Of a stretch of 64,000 nt of DNA, positions 26,548-35,174 are shown one piece after another (the first letter of the stretch is position 1; each line of letters begins with the position of its first letter). The notes below the pieces were generated by a model. The model did no database searches. It was not told the DNA's origin and saw nothing but the letters and a program-made list of their open reading frames with translations. The stretch lies in contig JACZJK010000035.1 in NCBI GenBank assembly GCA_014860575.1, forward strand, positions 67,175 to 131,174. The letters run 5' to 3'. A program made the translations under genes and the position numbers. Source of the DNA: Bacteroidales bacterium (GTDB taxonomy: Bacteria; Bacteroidota; Bacteroidia; Bacteroidales; JAAYJT01).

Positions 26548-26621
26548 CCGCTAAGGCGCAAAGACGTAAAGAAAAGGCTATTTCATAAAAATCCATACGC
26601 CTTCGCGCCTTAGCGGTTTAA
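26546..26621. repeat. Palindromic GC-rich intergenic element, copy 2
   Basis: 14-bp perfect stem: AACCGCTAAGGCGC (26546-26559) pairs with GCGCCTTAGCGGTT (26605-26618), with a 45-nt loop. It shares AAGGCGCAAAGACG and the 24-nt core (26598-26621) with copy 1. Confidence 0.85.
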
Positions 26622-26634
26622 TCTCTTTTCAACT

Positions 26635-29600
26635 ATGAACATTATAAACCAATCAGGGCTCACCGTTAAATTCCTTGGAAATGGCTCAATCAAAAGTTTT
26701 GAAGCAGATCCCATCAGGATCAGCCTTAAAGAAACAACGCCTTTTTCAAAACCGGGAGCCAATATCTACCTTAGAAAAAGGTCAAAACCCATTGAGTTCA
26801 TAGCCCTCCTCGGACCCGAAAGCAATAGTCGGTTTAAAGTTTCCGGCGAGACTTTGATTGCCGGCGGCATCTGGCAGGGTATTGAATATCTTTGCTCACT
26901 CCGGCTTTCGCCGAAAAGTCTGAGCTGGCAGTTCATGATCGAAATCAACAACAAATCTGATGAAGAGGTCGAGCTTGATTTAATTTATGTGCAGGACATT
27001 GGATTGAAACCAATCAATTCAGGGCTGATCAATGAATATTATGTAAGCCAATACCTCGAAAGACGAATCCTTGAAGATCAAACCTTTGGCTCAGTAATAT
27101 GTTGCCGCCAGAATATGAAAGAAGCCATTGGCAATCCTTGGTTCATGATGGCTTGCGAAAATGGCGCTGTTGCAGGAAGCACGGATGGCATGCAGTTTTA
27201 TGGCAAAACTTACCGGGAAACCGGGATTCCTGAAGGTTTGATTATAGAAAGGCTGGGGGGCGAGTATGCCGGTGAATCATCTGTTGTTGTTTTGCAGGGA
27301 AAACCCTTCAAACTTGCTATAGGAGAAAATTTTAAGAGTGTTTTTTTTGCTACTTATTTGCACGATCACCCAAAGGCTTCATCAGAAGACGATCTGGGCC
27401 GCTTAGCCACCCTGAAATCGGAATTTGATATTAAGAATCCTTCCGGTAGTCCTGGCGAATGGTTAGCACCGGAAAAAAACATCTTCAATACTTCCGCTTT
27501 TTTCCCTGTTGAAGATTTAAATGATGTCGAACTGAACCAGTTTTTTGGCAACGAACGGCGACATCCTGAAAAAGTGGATGGCCGCTTATTGTCGTTTTTC
27601 AGCAAAGAGAACAGGCATATTGTACTCAGGGCAAAAGAGTTGCTTGCCGACCGGCCTCATGGCCATATCATGCAGGCCAAAGCCGGACTGGTACCTGATG
27701 AAAACATCGTATCCACCACTGCTTTTATGTTTGGTGTTTTCAATTCGCATCTTACACAGGGAAATACAAATTTCAATACACTGCTATCCATTTGCACGAG
27801 CCAGTTTAATCTTTCGCCAGAATCAGGCCAACGGATTTTTGTTGAAATAAATGACACACTCTATTTGCTTGGAGTTCCCTCCGCGTTTGAAATTGGCTTG
27901 AACCATTGCCGCTGGATTTATAAGCATGGCAAGTACTGCTTCCAGGTTCGAACCTGGACATCTAAATCAGCCCCACAGGTGAATATGGATGTCAAGGTTC
28001 TCAGGGGTGATGATGTGAGATTTATAATTACGCATGATTTTGATGGTTTGAACGGCTGGAAAGCTTTTACCGGAAACAACAATGGCGAATATATTTTCAG
28101 GCCAAAGCCAGATAGCATGATAGCCGGAAAATTTCCAGAAGCACAATTCCGGATAAGGGTTCAAAGCGAGAATGCTGAATTTTCGGCGAACGATAATGAA
28201 GTCTTTTACGGTAATGACAAGAGCTTATCTGATTCAAAGTACGTGCTGGATGTCAGGACAACTTCTGCGTTTTGTATGAGTTTTCTTGCTGAAGTAGGTT
28301 GCGAAGCCGAAATGATTCAGTTTGAAAACGCCGATGAACAGTGGCTCTCCGATTGCATTGATGCCGGTTTTGCATGGCAGGGCTTAAGTTTGAACCTATC
28401 TCTTGAAAGTCAACAGAAAGATGTTTTAGCTATTCGTGAAATCTTACCCTGGTATGGCATGAACGCTTTGACCCATTTTCTGACCCCATACGGCCTCGAA
28501 CAGTTCAGCGGCGCTGCCTGGGGAACACGCGATGTTGCCCAGGGGCCGGTTGAGTTGTTGCTGTGCCTGCAAAAATATGATGAAGCCAGGCAAGTTTTGC
28601 GCATTATCTTCTCGAACCAAAACCCTGATGGCGGCTGGCCGCAATGGTGGATGTTCGATAGCTATCACAACATCAGGGCGCATGATTCCAACGGCGATGT
28701 GGTTTACTGGTGCATCATAGCGCTTGCTAATTATGTCAAAGTTACCGGCGATACACGCATCCTTGACGAAGTACTCCCTTATTATCATCAAAACGGAATT
28801 AATGCTGCTGAAAAAACTTCACTCAGCGAGCACATGAACAGGCTGATCAATATGATTACCGGATCATTTATCCCGGGCACCGCGCTTGTGCCCTTTGGTG
28901 GCGGCGACTGGAATGATTCTTTACAACCTGTTAGTGAGCAACTCGCTCAACGCATGATCTCAAGCTGGACGGTAGAAATGAACTACCAGGCTTTTAAGGA
29001 TTATCAGCAGGTATTTATAAGAACCGGACAGACTGAAAAAGCCGGCGAACTGGCTCAGATTAGCGAAAGGATCAAATCTGATTTTAACAAATATCTTGTA
29101 AAAGATGGCGTGGTAGCAGGATATGGACTGGTGGAAAAAAATGGCAACATCAGTGTTTTGCTTCACCCGACTGATACCACAACCGGAATCCAATACAGTA
29201 TTTTACCCATGGAACGTGGCATACTCAGTGAAATCTTTACCAAAGAACAGGCCTTGCATCACCAGGATTTAATTGAAAAGCACCTGAAAGGCCCCGATGG
29301 CGCCCGCCTCATGGATCGCCCACTCAAATATAAAGGAGGCATTCGAACAATTTTTCAAAGAGCTGAAAGCAGTACTTTCTTTGGCCGCGAAATTGGCCTT
29401 ATGTATATGCATGAACATATCCGTTATGCAGAGTCATTGGCCCGCACGGGCAATGCCGATGCGTTTGTGAAAGCGCTTCGGCAGGCAATCTCGGTGGCTT
29501 ACAGGGATATTGTGGATTGTGGTGATATCCGCCAGGCAAATTGTTATTACAGCAGTTCAGATGTTGCTTTCAAAAGCAGGTATGAAGCTGATGAGCTTTA

Positions 29601-29979
29601 TGATAAGATTGCGGCTGGCAACATCACAGTCAGAGGTGGCTGGCGGGTGTATTCAAGTGGGCCGGGTATTTATATCGGGCTGATAATTTCAAAATTACTG
29701 GGCCTACGGATTGAATCTGATTATGTGATCCTTGACCCGGTTATGCCGTTTGCGTTTAGCGGGCTAAATGTTTCAATGAAATTTCTGAGCCATGACGTAA
29801 GGTTCAGATATAGAATAGAAGAAAACAACCACAGCCCGAAAACTGTTTTCATCAATATGCATCCTGTTGAGTTCACAAAAGAAGCAAATCCATACAGGAA
29901 TGGTGGTGTGATGATCCGCAAGGAAGCGTTTATCAAGATGTTGCATCAGGCATCAAACGAAATTGAAATTATCTTATAA
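26635..29979 (+). CDS. Cytoplasmic GH94-like glycoside phosphorylase (candidate 1,2-beta-oligoglucan phosphorylase)
   Basis: No signal peptide; 1114 aa. The (alpha/alpha)6-type region has AAWGTRDVAQGPVELL, NPDGGWPQWW and FGGGDWNDSLQP. GDWND is the catalytic-Asp motif I associate with GH94 phosphorylases. Confidence 0.65.
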   Translation: MNIINQSGLTVKFLGNGSIKSFEADPIRISLKETTPFSKPGANIYLRKRSKPIEFIALLGPESNSRFKVSGETLIAGGIWQGIEYLCSLRLSPKSLSWQFMIEINNKSDEEVELDLIYVQDIGLKPINSGLINEYYVSQYLERRILEDQTFGSVICCRQNMKEAIGNPWFMMACENGAVAGSTDGMQFYGKTYRETGIPEGLIIERLGGEYAGESSVVVLQGKPFKLAIGENFKSVFFATYLHDHPKASSEDDLGRLATLKSEFDIKNPSGSPGEWLAPEKNIFNTSAFFPVEDLNDVELNQFFGNERRHPEKVDGRLLSFFSKENRHIVLRAKELLADRPHGHIMQAKAGLVPDENIVSTTAFMFGVFNSHLTQGNTNFNTLLSICTSQFNLSPESGQRIFVEINDTLYLLGVPSAFEIGLNHCRWIYKHGKYCFQVRTWTSKSAPQVNMDVKVLRGDDVRFIITHDFDGLNGWKAFTGNNNGEYIFRPKPDSMIAGKFPEAQFRIRVQSENAEFSANDNEVFYGNDKSLSDSKYVLDVRTTSAFCMSFLAEVGCEAEMIQFENADEQWLSDCIDAGFAWQGLSLNLSLESQQKDVLAIREILPWYGMNALTHFLTPYGLEQFSGAAWGTRDVAQGPVELLLCLQKYDEARQVLRIIFSNQNPDGGWPQWWMFDSYHNIRAHDSNGDVVYWCIIALANYVKVTGDTRILDEVLPYYHQNGINAAEKTSLSEHMNRLINMITGSFIPGTALVPFGGGDWNDSLQPVSEQLAQRMISSWTVEMNYQAFKDYQQVFIRTGQTEKAGELAQISERIKSDFNKYLVKDGVVAGYGLVEKNGNISVLLHPTDTTTGIQYSILPMERGILSEIFTKEQALHHQDLIEKHLKGPDGARLMDRPLKYKGGIRTIFQRAESSTFFGREIGLMYMHEHIRYAESLARTGNADAFVKALRQAISVAYRDIVDCGDIRQANCYYSSSDVAFKSRYEADELYDKIAAGNITVRGGWRVYSSGPGIYIGLIISKLLGLRIESDYVILDPVMPFAFSGLNVSMKFLSHDVRFRYRIEENNHSPKTVFINMHPVEFTKEANPYRNGGVMIRKEAFIKMLHQASNEIEIIL

Positions 29980-30060
29980 CGATCATTGAGCCTTTGATTG
30001 ATGCCGGTGAAAGCTTCAAATCTAAATGATAACAAAATTCTGACATGAAAGAAATTTGAG

Positions 30061-32355
30061 ATGAAGATAAAATTAATATTGACAGCGCTGCTTTTAGCTC
30101 TCATGATCTTATCCTTTTCTCAGAAGAAGGAACCTGTGGCCGGTTCCGAAATGGATGCATTGATAAATGAACTTATGCAGCGCATGACCATGGAAGAAAA
30201 GATCGGGCAACTCAATCTGCTGCCTGGTTATGAAGATATAGTCACTGGAGAGGCGACTTCGTCAGAAATAGGAAAAAAAATACTGGAGGGCAAAGTAGGC
30301 GCTGTATTCAATCTGCGAACCTTAGGAAAAATACGTGAGATGCAACGCATTGCGGTTGAAGAAAGCAGAAATAAAATCCCGCTTATGTTTGGCCTGGATG
30401 TCATTCATGGTTACCGTACGGTTTTCCCTATTCCACTGGGACTGGCTGCAAGTTTTGACATGGATCTGATTGAGCGAAGCGCAAGTATAGCGGCTAGTGA
30501 GGCAACTGCCGACGGCTTATGCTGGAATTTTTCTCCAATGGTTGATCTTACCCGTGATCCCCGCTGGGGTCGCATCGCCGAAGGTTTTGGTGAAGACCCT
30601 TACCTCGGTTCCCGCTTCGCAGAAGCATTCGTAAGAGGTTATCAGGGGGATGATCTTTCGAAAAATAACACAATGATGGCTTGTGTAAAGCATATGGCTT
30701 TGTATGGCGCTGCTGAGAGTGGCCTTGACTACAACACCACCGATATGAGCCGCTTGCGTATGTTCAATGAGTATTTTCCACCTTATCTGGCTGGAATCAG
30801 GGCTGGCGCCGGAAGCGTAATGACCTCCTTCAATGAGGTTGATGGAATTCCTGCATCAGGAAATCGTTGGCTGCTGACTGAAGTTTTGCGCGATAATTGG
30901 GGTTTTGACGGTTTCGTGGTAACCGATTATACTGCCGTTAATGAAATGATGATGCATGGCGTCGGCGATCTTCAAACTGTTTCGGCAATGGCTTTAAAAG
31001 CAGGAGTGGATCTGGATATGGTTGGTGAAGGCTTCTTAACAACACTCGGAAAATCATTGGAAGAAAAAAGGATTACGCCTTATCAGATTGATCAGGCATG
31101 CCGCAGAATACTGGAAGCCAAATATAAACTCGGATTATTCCACGATCCATACAGGTATTGTTACGAAGAGCGCTCAGAAACTGAAATTTTCACCGAAGAA
31201 AATAATCGCATTGCCAGGGAACTGGCTGCACAAACCTTTGTTTTGCTCAAAAATGAAGGACAAATATTGCCGCTTAAACCCCAGGGAAAAATAGCACTGA
31301 TAGGGCCACTGGCTGATAGTCGCATGAATATGGCAGGCACGTGGAGTGTGGCCGTTGATCATAATCAATCAATAACAGTTCTGGAAGGATTCAGAGATGC
31401 GGTGGGCAACATGGCAAATGTTTATTATGCCAAAGGTGCCAATATTACCGACGACCCAAAACTTGACCAAAGGTCAGCAGTGCGGCGAATGCCAACGATT
31501 GATACAATAAGAACTCCTGAACAATTAAGGGATGAAGCTGTAGCGCTTGCAGCAGAATGCGACGTTGTTTTAGCGGTGATGGGTGAATCAGCTGAAATGA
31601 GCGGCGAAAGCAGCAGCCGTACTGATTTGCAGCTTCCCGGCAGCCAGCGCGAACTGCTCAAAGCTTTAATGAATACGGGTAAACCTTTAGTATTGGTTGT
31701 GTTCGCAGGCCGCCCATTAATTCTGGATTGGGAAAAGGAAATTATTCCTGCGATCCTGAATGTATGGTTTGGAGGAACCCAAAGCGGAAATGCTATTGCA
31801 GATGTTGTTTTTGGCAAAGTCAATCCCTCTGCCAAACTACCTGTAACTTTTCCACGAAGTGTAGGACAAATCCCAATATATTACAATCATAAAAACACCG
31901 GACGCCCTCTGGATGATGATGAGTGGTTTAAAAAGTTCCGGACCAATTATCTTGATATTCCCAATGAACCTTTATGGCCTTTTGGTTATGGCCTGAGCTA
32001 TACAAATTTTGATTACGGGAAAGTTGTACTCGACAAAACAGAGTTTAGCGAAGGACAAGAGCTGAAGGCGAGCATTAATGTCAGAAATAGCGGTAGTTAC
32101 GATGGTGCCGAAGTGGTGCAGCTTTATATACGAGATATGGTTGGTAGCATCACCCGTCCGGTGAAAGAACTGAAAGGATTTCAAAAAGTGCACCTGAAAG
32201 CAGGCGAACAAAAAACAATAACTTTTACTGTTCAGACAGAAGACCTGGCTTTCTATCACGATGACATGAGTTTTTTTGCTGAAAAAGGAGAATTCATTCT
32301 AATGATTGGCAGTAATTCAAGCGATACGCAAGCAATAGGCTTTTCTTATAAATGA
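30061..32355 (+). CDS. Periplasmic GH3 beta-glucosidase
   Basis: Signal peptide. GH3 motifs are KIGQLNLL, RDPRWGRIAEGFGEDPYL, KHMALYGA and GFDGFVVTDY (nucleophile Asp). There is a C-terminal fibronectin-like domain. Confidence 0.9.
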   Translation: MKIKLILTALLLALMILSFSQKKEPVAGSEMDALINELMQRMTMEEKIGQLNLLPGYEDIVTGEATSSEIGKKILEGKVGAVFNLRTLGKIREMQRIAVEESRNKIPLMFGLDVIHGYRTVFPIPLGLAASFDMDLIERSASIAASEATADGLCWNFSPMVDLTRDPRWGRIAEGFGEDPYLGSRFAEAFVRGYQGDDLSKNNTMMACVKHMALYGAAESGLDYNTTDMSRLRMFNEYFPPYLAGIRAGAGSVMTSFNEVDGIPASGNRWLLTEVLRDNWGFDGFVVTDYTAVNEMMMHGVGDLQTVSAMALKAGVDLDMVGEGFLTTLGKSLEEKRITPYQIDQACRRILEAKYKLGLFHDPYRYCYEERSETEIFTEENNRIARELAAQTFVLLKNEGQILPLKPQGKIALIGPLADSRMNMAGTWSVAVDHNQSITVLEGFRDAVGNMANVYYAKGANITDDPKLDQRSAVRRMPTIDTIRTPEQLRDEAVALAAECDVVLAVMGESAEMSGESSSRTDLQLPGSQRELLKALMNTGKPLVLVVFAGRPLILDWEKEIIPAILNVWFGGTQSGNAIADVVFGKVNPSAKLPVTFPRSVGQIPIYYNHKNTGRPLDDDEWFKKFRTNYLDIPNEPLWPFGYGLSYTNFDYGKVVLDKTEFSEGQELKASINVRNSGSYDGAEVVQLYIRDMVGSITRPVKELKGFQKVHLKAGEQKTITFTVQTEDLAFYHDDMSFFAEKGEFILMIGSNSSDTQAIGFSYK

Positions 32356-32377
32356 TTAGTATTTACGGCAGGTTTTT

Positions 32378-32385
32378 TACATTTG
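32378..32385 (+). promoter_or_regulatory. Candidate -7 promoter box (TACATTTG) upstream of the sugar-porter gene
   Basis: TAnnTTTG match in the 120-nt gap after the GH3 gene, 91 nt upstream of ATG 32476. Confidence 0.35.
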
Positions 32386-32475
32386 TCTTTTCAATACACT
32401 TGATGACCCGTTTTTCCAGCTTCCATTAGCTAACAGGATTTAAGTATTCGAAATTGAACATTAATACTGAATTAC

Positions 32476-33912
32476 ATGAATCAGAAAGAACCAGTCAGTT
32501 TTCACCCACCTGCGATTAATCATGCCCGGGTGATCGGCCTTTCAGTTGTTGCAGCCTTGGGTGGCTTTCTTTTCGGTTTCGACAGCGGGGTAATCAATGG
32601 TACAGTAGGTGCGCTGCAACAAGCCTTTAATTCCGATGCAGTTGGCACAGGCTTTAATATTGCTTCTATGCTATTGGGTTGTGCAGCAGGCGCTTTTTTT
32701 GCCGGAACACTGGCCGATAAAATTGGCCGTAAATACACCCTGCTGATAGCTGCTGTTGCTTTCATTGTCAGCGCCTGGGGTTCAGGGATTGCAGATGGTT
32801 CAACAGAATTTGTTATTTTTCGTGTGCTTGGAGGACTTGCCGTGGGCGCTGCCAGTATTATTGCTCCAGCCTATATTGGAGAAATAGCTCCCTCACATAT
32901 TCGGGGCAGATTGATTTCGCTTCAGCAACTTGCCATTGTGCTAGGTTTGTTCATGGCTTTTTTCTCCAATTACAATATTGCCAATGCTGCAGGTGGCGCA
33001 TCCGGAGCGTTTTGGTGGGGATTCAATGCCTGGCAGTGGATGTTCTGGATTGAAATTATTCCTGCATCACTTTTCTTCATCTTTTTATTCTTCATACCCG
33101 AATCACCCCGCTACCTTGTTGCTGCAGGTAAAGATGAAAAAGCCAGGAAAATAATTGCCAGCCTCACTGATGAGGAAACAGCAAGGATGCAGGTTGAAGA
33201 AATAAAGCTCACAGTTTTTCGCGAACGCAAGCCAAGACTTTCAGATATTATCAATCCGGCCAGTGGAAAGATCCATCCCATTGTGTGGATAGGAATTGCC
33301 CTTGCCGCTTTGCAGCAGTTTACCGGTATCAATGTTGTGTTTTATTATGGTTCAGTATTATGGCAAGCCGCTGGCTTTACTGAAGCCGACGCCTTGCTGA
33401 CCAATGTAATCAGTGGTTCGGTAAACGTGTTTTTCACTTTTGTGGCGATTGCTTTGGTTGACAAAGTTGGCCGCAAACCATTGTTGCTTGTAGGTGCGTT
33501 AGGACAAGCCGTGACCCTCGGAATTTTAGGTTTGATTTTCGCTTTCGGCGCAAAGGATGCTTCAGGCGGACTTGAATTAACCGGCAAAAGTGGTGTGATT
33601 GCGCTGGTGGTGGCTAACCTTTATATTGCTTTCTTCGCAACCACATGGGGGCCGGTAATGTGGGTGATGCTCGGCGAAATGTTCCCTAATAAATTCAGGG
33701 GAGCAGCACTTGCTGTTGCTGGTTTGGCCCAATGGGGCTCCAACTTCCTGATTACAATTTCTTTCCCGATCCTTCTTACATCCATCGGGCTTGGAATTTC
33801 GTATGGCATTTACGCCGCTTTTGGCTTGCTGGCATTTTGGGTCGTAAAGCGTTATGTTACGGAAACCAAGGGCCGAACGCTTGAGGAAATATCTATGGAT
33901 GAAGCCGGTTAA
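32476..33912 (+). CDS. MFS sugar porter (monosaccharide:H+ symporter)
   Basis: Sugar-porter signatures are GFLFGFDSGVING, GRKYTLL, PESPRYL and TETKGRTLEEI. About 12 hydrophobic segments. Confidence 0.9.
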   Translation: MNQKEPVSFHPPAINHARVIGLSVVAALGGFLFGFDSGVINGTVGALQQAFNSDAVGTGFNIASMLLGCAAGAFFAGTLADKIGRKYTLLIAAVAFIVSAWGSGIADGSTEFVIFRVLGGLAVGAASIIAPAYIGEIAPSHIRGRLISLQQLAIVLGLFMAFFSNYNIANAAGGASGAFWWGFNAWQWMFWIEIIPASLFFIFLFFIPESPRYLVAAGKDEKARKIIASLTDEETARMQVEEIKLTVFRERKPRLSDIINPASGKIHPIVWIGIALAALQQFTGINVVFYYGSVLWQAAGFTEADALLTNVISGSVNVFFTFVAIALVDKVGRKPLLLVGALGQAVTLGILGLIFAFGAKDASGGLELTGKSGVIALVVANLYIAFFATTWGPVMWVMLGEMFPNKFRGAALAVAGLAQWGSNFLITISFPILLTSIGLGISYGIYAAFGLLAFWVVKRYVTETKGRTLEEISMDEAG

Positions 33913-33948
33913 CTTTACAATTCAAAAACTTTAATCAACCTCAGAAAA

Positions 33949-34758
33949 ATGAAGACCTGGATTTCGATATTATTGAGTAGCTCAATAATAATTGTCCTTT
34001 TAACTGTACTATTCAATTATCCGGTTAAGGCTCAAATTGCCAGAAATTTTGAACCGAGGGTCTATCACAACAATATCGACAGCTTGCCATACCGGATTAT
34101 GTTTCCTGAAAATTTTGACCCGTTACTGAAATACCCCCTGATCCTGTTTTTGCATGGTGCAGGTGAACGCGGAAACAACAATGAAAGCCAGTTAATACAC
34201 GGTGGCAGGTTTTTCGCTTCCGATACCAACAGGCAAAATTATCCCTCAATTGTAGTTTTTCCGCAATGTCCTGCTGATAGTTATTGGGCCAATGTCAATT
34301 TTTCTTTCGATCCTGAAGGCAAGCGTTCTTTTAGTTTCGATCCGTCTGGCGAACCAACGTTGCCGTTGCAACTCGTTATGCAGTTGCTTGACTCTATGCT
34401 GAACCAGAGCTGGGTAGATAAAGATCGGTTTTATCTGGGCGGACTTTCCATGGGCGGAATGGGCACCTTCGAGTTGCTGTACCGCAAACCCGAAGTTTTT
34501 GCAGCAGCCTTTCCAATTTGTGGCGGAGGAAACCCGGATCTGATCAACGAAAAAGTAAAATCAGTTGAAATATGGGCTTTCCACGGCCAGGATGATCCGG
34601 TAGTTCTGCCTGAACTTTCCGTAAAAATGATAGCGGCAGTCGAAAAAGCCGGTAGCAAAACCAAACTGACCCTTTATCCCGATGTCGGACATAACGCCTG
34701 GGATCATGTTTTCCTGGAACCGGAATTACTTCCCTGGCTTTTCTCGGTTCGCAGGTAG
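33949..34758 (+). CDS. Secreted alpha/beta-hydrolase esterase (carboxylesterase / predicted-peptidase family)
   Basis: N-terminal hydrophobic signal or anchor. LILFLHGAGERGNNN, nucleophile elbow GLSMGGMG, later FHGQDDPVV and GHNAW, consistent with a Ser-Asp-His triad. Confidence 0.75.
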   Translation: MKTWISILLSSSIIIVLLTVLFNYPVKAQIARNFEPRVYHNNIDSLPYRIMFPENFDPLLKYPLILFLHGAGERGNNNESQLIHGGRFFASDTNRQNYPSIVVFPQCPADSYWANVNFSFDPEGKRSFSFDPSGEPTLPLQLVMQLLDSMLNQSWVDKDRFYLGGLSMGGMGTFELLYRKPEVFAAAFPICGGGNPDLINEKVKSVEIWAFHGQDDPVVLPELSVKMIAAVEKAGSKTKLTLYPDVGHNAWDHVFLEPELLPWLFSVRR

Positions 34759-34762
34759 CTGA

Positions 34763-34991
34763 CCAAAGCTCAAAGCTCAAAATCCAAAGTTCAAAGTGCA
34801 AAGCCCAAAATCCAAAACCCAGAGTACACATTCAAAATAGCTTAAGTTTGAAGATTTACGAATCTTAAATCTGGAATTTTGAATTAACAAATCCATTACT
34901 CCATCACTCCATCACTCCAAATTTATCCGCTGAAGCTTTAGCGTAAGCGGACTCCAAACCAATCAACCAATCGACTAATTTACTAATCAAC
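34763..34991. repeat. Intergenic blocks of degenerate 7-8 nt stutter repeats
   Basis: 34763-34820 has about eight tandem NNCAAAG-type units (ccaaag ctcaaag ctcaaaat ccaaag ttcaaag tgcaaag cccaaaat ccaaaac). 34895-34918 reads attactcc atcactcc atcactcc. 34960-34991 reads caatcaac caatcgac taatttac taatcaac. Confidence 0.85.
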
Positions 34992-35020
34992 CAAAAAACC
35001 ATTTGTTTCCAAACTTTTTC

Positions 35021-35028
35021 TATCTTTG
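35021..35028 (+). promoter_or_regulatory. Candidate -7 promoter box (TATCTTTG) upstream of the SDR gene
   Basis: TAnnTTTG match with a TTTG at 35002-35005. It lies 147 nt upstream of ATG 35175, which implies a long leader. Confidence 0.35.
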
Positions 35029-35174
35029 GCCGCCTTCTTTCGGAGTGTTTTTCTGAAGGCTTTAATTACCTGTTTATCAAAACCAAAAGTACAGTCAGCC
35101 GTAACCCCCGGTTCTGATTGAGAATTTCTACATTTGGCTGCTGATCTTTAGGTAACATCATCAAAAGGAGAAAA

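Noticed and set aside
4803-34758. Alternative reading of the PUL as a laminarin (beta-1,3-glucan), cellulose or galactan locus
   Set aside because: I see no GH16, GH17, GH30 or cellulase signatures. The only galactosidase-like gene is cytoplasmic and embedded among glucan enzymes. Two GH144-like genes plus a GH94-like gene fit beta-1,2-glucan better. The alternative is not excluded without profile searches and biochemistry.
35161-35174. A Shine-Dalgarno-like AAAGGAGAAAA directly upstream of the SDR start codon
   Set aside because: Other genes in the window lack such sequences, and Bacteroidota generally do not rely on SD pairing. It is probably coincidental.
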